Of a stretch of DNA of 28,915 nt, positions 21,886 to 28,915 are shown piece by piece. A program made the translations under genes and the position numbers. This DNA comes from a virus (taxonomy: Duplodnaviria; Caudoviricetes): IMG/VR virus record IMGVR_UViG_3300042196_000313, positions 1 through 28,915 of that record. One strand, 5' to 3'. Under the pieces are notes generated by a model. That model saw nothing but the letters and a program-made list of their open reading frames with translations, was not told the origin of the DNA and made no database searches. The number at the start of each line of letters is the position of its first letter. Position 1 is the first letter of the stretch.

Positions 21886-22922
21886 CCGCCGTTGTTCCGC
21901 GCCGGCATCGCCGCCTCCCCCATCATCTTGCTGGCGGCGTGCAGGTCCTGGACGGTGACGGCCGTGCGCTCGTCGAGCTGGGCGAGCTGGTAGGCCCGCT
22001 CGCAGTGCTTGACGACGGACCGGATGCCGCCCCGATCGCCCGCCTTGGCCGTCAGGAAGTCGATGCACTCGGGATCGCGGTGGCCCAGGTACTGGACGGC
22101 GATCCGGGCGACGTCGTCGTGCTCCAGCCCGGGCTGGATGACCCGCTTGATCCCCACGCGGCTGACGAGCTGGTCGTATTCCGACCGGGTCCGGCCCGCG
22201 GTGAAGGTCCGCCACAGGATCTCGTTGCCCAGCAGGACCAGGCCGAAGCCCCCCTTGTCATAGATGGCGCGAAGCGTCTCGACAGCCTTGTAGGTGAGCT
22301 TCTGCGCCTCGTCCACGATCAACAGGCGGCCGCTCCCCGCCAGCTTTGCCGCGATCTCGTCCTTTGTCTTCTGGATGGTGGCCGTGGCCGAGATGTCCAG
22401 GGCGTGGGCCAGCGAGACCAGGAAGGCGAAGGGGCTCTTCGTCGTCTCGTCCGCCGTGACCAAAAGCACCGTGCTGCCCCGCTGGCGCCGGAATTCCTTC
22501 CCGGTCCGGGTCTTGCCCAGGCCGGCGGCGCCGTACACCATCCCCAGGTCGCACCACTTGTGGGCCAGATCCATGGCGGTGTGGATCTCCTGGGCGGGCT
22601 TCGTCTCGACCCAGATCGGCTCGCGCAGGATGCCCAGGCGGCCCGATTCCAGGAGCAGCCAGGCGTTGATGCTGTGGGCCACGTGGGCGACGTCGCCCTT
22701 GTAGCCCTTCGACAAGAACTGCGAGATGACGGCGTCGGACATCCCGATGGCCTTCGCGGCCGTCGCCTGGCTTTTCCGGGTGACGCGCAGGTGCTCCTGC
22801 AGGTCCGCGCGCACCCGCTCCGCGAACGCCTGGATGGTCTGGTTCCCCGACGCTAAGCGCATAGCGCTTGGCGCATGGCGTCCGGCGCTCTGCTCTATGC
22901 GCTGTGCGCTTTGCGTTTTCAT
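21882..22922 (-). CDS. Transposition AAA+ ATPase (MuB-like)
   Basis: N-terminal HTH, Walker A GAAGLGKT, Walker B LLIVDEAQ, LVLLGN, SRVG. Confidence 0.95.
   Translation of the reverse strand: MKTQSAQRIEQSAGRHAPSAMRLASGNQTIQAFAERVRADLQEHLRVTRKSQATAAKAIGMSDAVISQFLSKGYKGDVAHVAHSINAWLLLESGRLGILREPIWVETKPAQEIHTAMDLAHKWCDLGMVYGAAGLGKTRTGKEFRRQRGSTVLLVTADETTKSPFAFLVSLAHALDISATATIQKTKDEIAAKLAGSGRLLIVDEAQKLTYKAVETLRAIYDKGGFGLVLLGNEILWRTFTAGRTRSEYDQLVSRVGIKRVIQPGLEHDDVARIAVQYLGHRDPECIDFLTAKAGDRGGIRSVVKHCERAYQLAQLDERTAVTVQDLHAASKMMGEAAMPARNNGG
22851..22915. repeat. Family A hairpin in frame at the MuB N-terminus
   Basis: Encodes QSAQRIEQSAGRHAPSAMRLA; loop tccgg. Confidence 0.88.
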
Positions 22923-25201
22923 GACGCCTTCTCCCGGTGTTTATTGGCCTGGTAAAAGCGGCGTAAGATCTCGCCCCCGTCATCCTCCGCCGGGGCGGGG
23001 TCCCCCGAGAGATCGCCGACGAGCCGCCTGACCCTGGGCGCCACCTCCGCCTCGATCGCGGCCATCTTCTCTTGATGCTTCTTCTCGGCTTTGATGAGCT
23101 TGGCCGCGGCCTCGAGGGGGCGGGCGATGGGGATGATGACGGAAGACCGTGCCGCCGGCGGAGGCGGCTGGGGCGCCTTCGCGTTCTCGTACCGCACGCT
23201 GGCCGCCAGGGCGGCGACCGGGTCCGGGTTCGCTGCGTGCGTCTCGCGCGCGACCTGGTAGGCCTTGTGCATCTTCTTCAGGGCCTTCTGCTCGTTCCGG
23301 ATCCGGCGGTACTGATCGGCGGTGACGCCGGCGGCATCCCGCCGGGCGACGGTGCACAGGTACCGCTCGTCCGGGAAGCTGAACACGTAGATCTCGCCGA
23401 TGTTGGCGGGGTCGTAGCGATAGAAGACCTTCTGGCCATAGTACGGGGCCAGCTCGATGCTGCCGTATTGCCGGCCGAACGCCTCGATCCCGTTCTGGCC
23501 GACGGTGACGCCCCGGTCCCGCTGCGCCGGCATGAAGAGCAGGGCCAGCGCCTCGGCCGTGGCGGTCCGTTTCGCATACGGCTGCGAGGCGAAGACGGCC
23601 CGGGGGCTGCGCCCGTCCATCCCCTGCCCCTGGCTGGGCGTCTCGTTGACGACATCCTTCATATAGAGCGCGAACTTGGTCCGGAACTCATCCAAGCTGG
23701 GGAGGGCGCGTGGGGTCGTGAGCAGGGCGTTCAGGCCCTCCGGCTTTTCCGAGATGTCGCGTCCGCAAAAGGACACGAAGAGCTTGTCGAACCGCTCCAG
23801 GAGGACCCCGAACCAGCGCTCGATGATGCCGCGGGACTGCGGCTCTTTCGGGATGCTGAAATGCCAGGAGGCCCCCAGGTGCTTGACCAGGGCGGTCACC
23901 CGGGGCCGGTCGAAGCCGATGCGCCAGCGGCGGGATTTCCCGGCGACGGTGGGCGAGGAGAATTCCAGGCCGTTGTCGCTCCACAGGATCTCGGGCGCGC
24001 CGTATTCGCGCACCCCGCTGGCGAGGCTGGCCAGGACCGTATTGATGTTCGGGCCGTCGCCGATATACCAGCCGACCCCCAGCCGGCTGCGCACCTCGAG
24101 CCACATGGTCAGCCAGGGGCGGAAGACCGCGCCGCCGTCATACACCCAAACCTTGTGGTTGTAGTGGTCCGACACCCACCGCTCCATCACCCGGTACTGG
24201 TCGTAGTCGCGGGAGAGGAACGGCTGGCACTTGCGGCGGTAGGCCTCTGCCCCGTCCCGCGCGAGGATCCGCGCCTGAAGGGGGATGGTCTTGACATAGC
24301 GGTGAAAACTGGCCACGGAGGGGAGCGTCTCCACCAGGGGAGATCGGGCGAGGATCAGCTCCCCCTGGACGATGTCCCGGCAGGTCTTGACGGTCCGGCG
24401 GTGCTCGGTCATGTAGAGGCCATGGAATTGCTCGCGGAGCTCCGGCGGAATCTCCTGCCCGTCCGGGCCCGTCGCCGCATCCCGGAGCAAGCCCGGCAGG
24501 CCTTCATCGCGGAAGGCCGCCGCCCAGCGGTAGAGGGTCGTCTTGCTGATCCATTCCCCCTCCGGGTGGGTCTGATTCCAGTACGCGATGAAGGCTCGGG
24601 TCTTCTGCGCGCGCTGCCCCCGCTCGTCCCGCGATCCCACAAAGCCACCCCATGTCTGGAGGACCGTGAAGCATTGGATGGCCTGCTCGCGACCCCGATC
24701 CGTCGCCATCAGCCATTTGTCGTTGGAGGTCAGCCCCGCTTGCGCGTCGCGAAGTCCGGCCGGGGCGCCGGCGCCGCTTGCTTCGCGCGGAACTTCTCGA
24801 TCGCCTGTTCCGCCAGCGATCGCATAATCCAGGGCCGAACCGGCGGCTTCGGGTCTTGTGCTGCCTGTCTCCTGCGCGCTACGCGCTGCCAGCTGGTCTT
24901 TCTCGGTTCGCCCCGCGCTTTCAGAATCCGCCGCCGATACCTGGCCAGCGCCCCCATTCCGTCCTCCGTCGCTCTGCGCCATGCGCCATGCGCTCTGCGC
25001 CGCCTCGGGCAAGCTGGCGAGATTGACCTCCAGCCGCCGCCCCCCGCTCTCCCCCGGCACATATCGATGGTCCCACTTCCCTGCGTAGCAGCGCCGGCGG
25101 ACGTTCTTTTCGTCCAGCCCCACCAGCTCCGCCACCACCCCCGCCGGGATCCATTCCGCTCCGTCGCTATGCGCTTCGCGCTCTGCGCTCTGCGCCGTCA
25201 T
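22919..25201 (-). CDS. DDE transposase (MuA-like)
   Basis: N-terminal Mu-type HTH; ISKTTLYRW; catalytic WVSDH, WSDNG, IIERWF; C-terminal YRYDPANIG. Confidence 0.95.
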   Translation of the reverse strand: MTAQSAEREAHSDGAEWIPAGVVAELVGLDEKNVRRRCYAGKWDHRYVPGESGGRRLEVNLASLPEAAQSAWRMAQSDGGRNGGAGQVSAADSESAGRTEKDQLAARSAQETGSTRPEAAGSALDYAIAGGTGDREVPREASGAGAPAGLRDAQAGLTSNDKWLMATDRGREQAIQCFTVLQTWGGFVGSRDERGQRAQKTRAFIAYWNQTHPEGEWISKTTLYRWAAAFRDEGLPGLLRDAATGPDGQEIPPELREQFHGLYMTEHRRTVKTCRDIVQGELILARSPLVETLPSVASFHRYVKTIPLQARILARDGAEAYRRKCQPFLSRDYDQYRVMERWVSDHYNHKVWVYDGGAVFRPWLTMWLEVRSRLGVGWYIGDGPNINTVLASLASGVREYGAPEILWSDNGLEFSSPTVAGKSRRWRIGFDRPRVTALVKHLGASWHFSIPKEPQSRGIIERWFGVLLERFDKLFVSFCGRDISEKPEGLNALLTTPRALPSLDEFRTKFALYMKDVVNETPSQGQGMDGRSPRAVFASQPYAKRTATAEALALLFMPAQRDRGVTVGQNGIEAFGRQYGSIELAPYYGQKVFYRYDPANIGEIYVFSFPDERYLCTVARRDAAGVTADQYRRIRNEQKALKKMHKAYQVARETHAANPDPVAALAASVRYENAKAPQPPPPAARSSVIIPIARPLEAAAKLIKAEKKHQEKMAAIEAEVAPRVRRLVGDLSGDPAPAEDDGGEILRRFYQANKHREKAS
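24970..25001. repeat. Family A half array in frame in the MuA linker
   Basis: cgctctgcgccatgcgccatgcgctctgcgcc encodes AQSAWRMAQS. Confidence 0.85.
25166..25196. repeat. Family A half array in frame at the MuA N-terminus
   Basis: Encodes AQSAEREAHS. Confidence 0.85.
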
Positions 25202-25704
25202 CGCCGGAGCCCCGCCTCCACCTTCGCCCGCATGTCAGAGAGCAGATCCATACAGGCGTCCATCGCCTGCTCCATCTCGTTCTGGATGGCCAGGTACTCA
25301 TTCGTCGAGACGTGGTTGTCATTCCAGGCGCGCAGCGCCGTCTGGCCGGCCTCCGTGCATTCCTTGAGCTGGGCGGCCACCCGCGAGAGCGTGTCGGCGT
25401 GCGAGGATCCCTGGACCGGCGGCCGGCGGTAGAAGCCAAGACCGACCTCCCGCGCCAGCCACTCCACCGGCCCCGTGCTTTCAATCAGGCGGCAGAGCTG
25501 GACCAGCGTATCCGCGGGCGGCGTGCACTCTCCGCCCAAATACCTATAAACCTGCCGCTTTGTGACCCCCAGCCGCGCGCCCAGCTGATCGATGAACACA
25601 GCCGGTGGCACCTCTTGCCCCCGCTCCCGCGCCTCCTGGGATTGGCGCGAGGCCCAGTCGTGGACCCGCTGATGGAGAATGTGGCTGAAAGTGAAGGGCG
25701 ACAT
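25198..25704 (-). CDS. HTH regulator, phage CII(CP76)-like
   Basis: LGARLGVTKRQVYRYL HTH; PVEWLA; LKECTE...DNHVSTNE; GGAGG RBS. Confidence 0.7.
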   Translation of the reverse strand: MSPFTFSHILHQRVHDWASRQSQEARERGQEVPPAVFIDQLGARLGVTKRQVYRYLGGECTPPADTLVQLCRLIESTGPVEWLAREVGLGFYRRPPVQGSSHADTLSRVAAQLKECTEAGQTALRAWNDNHVSTNEYLAIQNEMEQAMDACMDLLSDMRAKVEAGLRR

Positions 25705-25789
25705 GCGGCGGTCCCTCCCGGGCGACGAGTGACCTTGAAGAAGTGCGGACAAAGAAAGAAGCTGGGCCCAGGCGGGACCCAGCCTCAGA

Positions 25790-26134
25790 TCAACGCTCCG
25801 GATGGAAGGGGCTGCACGGAAGATCCGACCAGCGCATCCGCTCGCGCGCCTCGGCGCAGGTGCGGCCCAGGGGACCGGAGATCCCGCCGCCGGCGACGAT
25901 CGCGCGGCCCTCCAGCTCCTCGATGCGCTTCAGGACATCCGCGATTGTGGGGTTGACAGGCAGTGGCCGCAGGACAGGCGGCGCGGTCTTGATGACGGCG
26001 GGCTTCGGGAATAGCGGCGCCGACGCCGGGGCCGGCGTGAACACGGGCCCCGCGCCCTGCGCTTCCATCACCCACAGGGTTGGGGCGCCAACGAGAAGGA
26101 TGACGAGGCCGGCAATGAGATCCGCGATTTTCAT
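25790..26134 (-). CDS. Hypothetical membrane-anchored/secreted protein
   Basis: AAGGAGGAG RBS; hydrophobic N-terminus, Pro-rich linker. Confidence 0.65.
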   Translation of the reverse strand: MKIADLIAGLVILLVGAPTLWVMEAQGAGPVFTPAPASAPLFPKPAVIKTAPPVLRPLPVNPTIADVLKRIEELEGRAIVAGGGISGPLGRTCAEARERMRWSDLPCSPFHPER

Positions 26135-26143
26135 AGCTCCTCC

Positions 26144-26410
26144 TTACGCCGCCTTCTTCCCGTTCTTGCGCCACTCCGGGATCCACAGGCCGAGCCAGGT
26201 TGCGTCGAGATTCCGGACACGGGCGGCGACGTAGTTTTCGATGGGGTTGGATTTCCTCCGGAGGGCGACGACGTGACACACGGTGCTCCGGGTAATGCCG
26301 AGTTCTCGCGCCAGCTTGGCCTGGCCGCCGAAGAACCGCTCCACAACCATCCGGCGCTGAATGGCCTTGCCACGGATCGCGATTTGCGCTATTTCTCTCG
26401 GGTCCAACAT
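26144..26410 (-). CDS. Ner/Cro-like HTH regulator
   Basis: GQAKLARELGITRSTVCHV; divergent from the repressor. Confidence 0.8.
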   Translation of the reverse strand: MLDPREIAQIAIRGKAIQRRMVVERFFGGQAKLARELGITRSTVCHVVALRRKSNPIENYVAARVRNLDATWLGLWIPEWRKNGKKAA

Positions 26411-26420
26411 GATGGCCAGC

Positions 26421-26449
26421 AGACTATTAAAAGTCTAAGATATTGTCAA
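26421..26449 (-). promoter_or_regulatory. Early sigma70 promoter overlapped by an operator-like palindrome
   Basis: TTGACA-17 nt-TAGTCT on the minus strand; AGACTATTAAAAGTCT (26421-26436) is a 14/16 palindrome. Confidence 0.75.
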
Positions 26450-26458
26450 GGAAAAACT

Positions 26459-26953
26459 TTGAATTCTCTAAGTCGGCGAATTCCCTGGACCGACGAGATC
26501 ATCGCGCGACTCTTTCGAGTTGTCGGAACGAATACCCAGCGCGGCCTGGCTAGGGCCTTTGGGATCAATGAGGCCACGCTCAGCGCGCACAAGAAACAGC
26601 GGATTATCCCAGAGAAGCTCCTTCGCCGCCTTGCGCACGATAGACAGCTGAGATATGAATGGCTGCTAACTGGGCAGGGGCCGCGAGATGTCCCTGGGGG
26701 AGATTTTGGAGCCACGGGCTTCAAACATGATCGCCCGGTATATGCTACGGAGGTTGATCGGGCTGTCGAAGAGTTGCGGTCCTTCCCAGAATCCGCACCG
26801 TGGGTTGTCGGCCTTATACAGATACTCAAATCTGGAGGGCTGGATCAGGTCTTGGGAGTTCAATCGAATCTTAATGCATTTCTTAATCAAATCGGGCTCC
26901 AGGAGGTCGGCCCACTCACAAGGATCAGAAAATCAAAACAGCGGGTGGGGTAA
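26459..26953 (+). CDS. Phage CI-like repressor
   Basis: IIARL...TQRGLARAFGINEATLS..IP..YEWLLTGQG; TTG start inferred from AAGGA. Confidence 0.8.
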   Translation: MNSLSRRIPWTDEIIARLFRVVGTNTQRGLARAFGINEATLSAHKKQRIIPEKLLRRLAHDRQLRYEWLLTGQGPRDVPGGDFGATGFKHDRPVYATEVDRAVEELRSFPESAPWVVGLIQILKSGGLDQVLGVQSNLNAFLNQIGLQEVGPLTRIRKSKQRVG

Positions 26954-27110
26954 TTAGGCTGGGCGGGGCTGGCGAGAACCTGCAGGAATTGCTATCTTCT
27001 ATATATGAGACCCTGGGCTTGGCGCTGGACCAGGTCGGGCATCCCTATAAATCCTTTTTTCTGCTCCTGCGCCGCCACCTCCGCCGACGGCTCAGTGGGG
27101 GGTTGAGACA

Positions 27111-27749
27111 ATGAGAAGTTTCGCCTGGGCGTGTGTGATCCTTGCTCTGTTGGGGGTGGCTGCAACCCTTCTGGTCATTCGGGAGAGCAATCGTGTCGCC
27201 CGGGAGGTTTATGACCAGATGTACGCAGAGGCCAGCAGAACGAACCCCTATCGTGCTATTCAGTTGGCTATGTCGCGGCCAGAGGAACACACTGGCGTCC
27301 CGGCCTTTGTAGGTTTCGGGATCCTCTTCGCCTTCGGAGTCCTGCTCTTGGCAATTCGATCACCCCGGCCAATATCTAAAGATGATGGTGGGCTGCATGT
27401 CACCCCAAGGAAGTGCCCACAGTGCGGTGAACTCGTTAGGCGGGAGGCAAAGATCTGCCGTTTTTGTAGGTTTGAATTTTCAAGCCTGGAGCCTATTCCA
27501 ATTGAAATCGCCTCCAGCGACCCCCCGACATCCTGTCCCAAGTGTGGTTCTCAGTACTTCCATAGAGCGGAGGATGGCACTCCGGTCTGGGTTTGTGACG
27601 GCCCTGAGTGTTTTGTTCGGTTCGCACCTTCGAAAAATCCCAGATCCGAACAGGCCATCCGCTGCAATTTCTGCAATCTTCCAGTGAGCCCAGCTCGCCC
27701 AATCTGTCCAAAGTGTGGGAAAAGGGTTCGTATCAGCCGACCTGCCTAA
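27111..27749 (+). CDS. Membrane protein with multiple zinc ribbons (accessory)
   Basis: Two TM segments; CPQC/CRFC, CPKC/CDGPEC, CNFC/CPKC. Confidence 0.75.
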   Translation: MRSFAWACVILALLGVAATLLVIRESNRVAREVYDQMYAEASRTNPYRAIQLAMSRPEEHTGVPAFVGFGILFAFGVLLLAIRSPRPISKDDGGLHVTPRKCPQCGELVRREAKICRFCRFEFSSLEPIPIEIASSDPPTSCPKCGSQYFHRAEDGTPVWVCDGPECFVRFAPSKNPRSEQAIRCNFCNLPVSPARPICPKCGKRVRISRPA

Positions 27750-27782
27750 AATTTCTCCAGATCGCCAGCACTATTTCCCGAG

Positions 27783-27826
27783 CGGCCGCCCGCTCGCGCC
27801 CGCTCGGCCGCCCGCTCGCGCCCGCT
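27783..27826. repeat. 22-bp tandem duplication
   Basis: cggccgcccgctcgcgcccgct x2. Confidence 0.85.
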
Positions 27827-27955
27827 CGCTCCCGGCCAATTCACCCCGACGTCCCCGGCCTTCGACGCCCACTTAACCCCCCTCTACGTTTCATTTAAAG
27901 ACACCTTTTCCTATACTTACAGCCATGCGCATGCCTGCGCACGCCCCAAACTCCC

Positions 27956-28148
27956 TTTGTCCCATTTCCCCCATCACTGCACCCCGATTTCGCCATTTTT
28001 CCCATTTCTCTCCCCTCTCGAATTCCCACCTCTAAATCACCCGTAACTAGCCGAATTTCCGCGCGCCGCCGCCTCCTCCCACCTCCTACAACCTTTTCCC
28101 ATTTCCGATGATCGGCAAGACTGGTACTTTCGGAGATTCTTCCTGACA
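27956..28148. mobile_element. Probable prophage end with transposase-binding repeats
   Basis: YTTKTCCCATTTC at 27956, 27996 and 28093; terminal ...CCTGACA at 28148 (TGT on the minus strand). Confidence 0.5.
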
Positions 28149-28295
28149 CCCACAGGCGGCTGCAGCACGCTCCGATGCGTCGCAGGGCACAGCCCCGCGG
28201 CCCGGGATGGATCGCGTCGGGTTGGTGGGCCCGCCCGCCCGTCGCCCTGTCAGAGCTGGGCCGCTGCAAGCCCCAAAAAACAAATTCTTATCACC

Positions 28296-28697
28296 TCACC
28301 CACCCTTAGGGGAGCGTGCCTTCTCAAGCCGCGCTGCCAGCTGCGCCACCAAGCCAGACATCGTCGAGTTAGATGCCGCTGCAGCGCGCTTCAGAGCCCG
28401 ATAGGCCGGCTCGGGAAGCAAGAGCTTTGTCTGAACCGTCTTCACGCCTCGGGGTCGTCCACGCCTCTCACCCAACACCTTCATGATGGCCCCGTAGGCA
28501 TTGTCAAGGCGCTGTCGGTCACCCGGGGTGAGAGTCAGATCGAGCTGAACTCCGATCCGCCCCTCTGCGGTTCGGTACAACCGCAGCGGCCCAGCATTCG
28601 GGAGGAAGCGCCTCACGGCTTCGCTCGCCTTGGCTTCCTTCTTGCGCAGCTCAGGATCCTCAACAACCTCGATAACATGCACTTTCGTCTTTCGCAT
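28296..28697 (-). CDS. Hypothetical protein with C-terminal ribbon-helix-helix-like segment, probably host
   Basis: VQTKLLLPEPAYRALKRAA..TMSGLV; GAGG RBS. Confidence 0.6.
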   Translation of the reverse strand: MRKTKVHVIEVVEDPELRKKEAKASEAVRRFLPNAGPLRLYRTAEGRIGVQLDLTLTPGDRQRLDNAYGAIMKVLGERRGRPRGVKTVQTKLLLPEPAYRALKRAAAASNSTMSGLVAQLAARLEKARSPKGG

Positions 28698-28727
28698 AGC
28701 TGGATCCTCTCGAGTACCGGCGGCCGC

Positions 28728-28915
28728 TCACGGCATTTGCTCATGCACCTCGATCAACAAAGAGTCCGACGGGTAGGCCAGGATGAACACGTCAGCTTGA
28801 TTCAGGTCTCACCCATGCGGACGACCAAATCCACCAGACGGTCGCGATGCTGAAGGAAGGCATCACGGTCAGCACACGCGGACCGCAGAACAACCTGACC
28901 CTTCTCGGAGAGGGT
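28728..28915 (-). pseudogene. 3' part of a gene with an apparent 1-nt frameshift
   Basis: ..LVDLVVRMGET* continues as LNQADVFILAYPSDSLLIEV in the shifted frame near 28803. Confidence 0.35.

Larger units (their letters stand above)
1..28148 (-). mobile_element. Mu-like transposable prophage (partial)
   Basis: MuA, MuB, Gam, gp27-30-like, gpI, gp36 and gpG genes in Mu-like order. Confidence 0.93.

Noticed and set aside
995-25196. CRISPR array interpretation of the recurring repeats
   Set aside because: Copies are dispersed and variable in length, with no constant repeat-spacer period and no cas genes.
23072-25432. 786-aa plus-strand ORF
   Set aside because: Antisense shadow of the MuA gene.
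26273-26458. Long N-terminal extension of the repressor
   Set aside because: Overlaps the divergent ner/cro gene and promoter; TTG at 26459 fits better.
28332-28346. gctgccagctgcg as a family B copy outside the phage
   Set aside because: Only about two units inside ordinary coding sequence; could be chance.
1-28915. Diversity-generating retroelement, retron or RAYT as the local source of the repeats
   Set aside because: No reverse-transcriptase or HUH-transposase motif set seen in any plausible ORF and no template/variable repeat pair; any enzyme must be encoded elsewhere.

Overview
The window holds about 28 kb of a high-GC, Mu-like (transposable) prophage, read almost entirely on the minus strand. 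From right to left it runs: probable phage end near 28148; a divergent repressor/ner-cro switch; MuA transposase and MuB ATPase; a semi-essential region (DUF5131, Gam, GemA-like, adenine methyltransferase, many small ORFs); a lysis cassette; terminase, portal, head morphogenesis, protease/scaffold, capsid and neck genes. The tail genes are cut off at the left edge. The unusual content is repetitive DNA. First, more than 40 short arrays of 6-9-nt units from about 9 unrelated families sit at gene junctions and in frame inside genes, often as inverted (hairpin) pairs. Second, 16 copies of a tiny cassette (two tandem 17-mers ending CCCGGAGGG, net +33 nt, frame-preserving) have inserted mostly into those arrays and twice into each other. 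Removing 33 nt restores the host repeat, and the cassette's central stem shows compensatory base changes. No enzyme obviously responsible is encoded here. Protein calls come from motif recognition and gene order only; no database searches were run.
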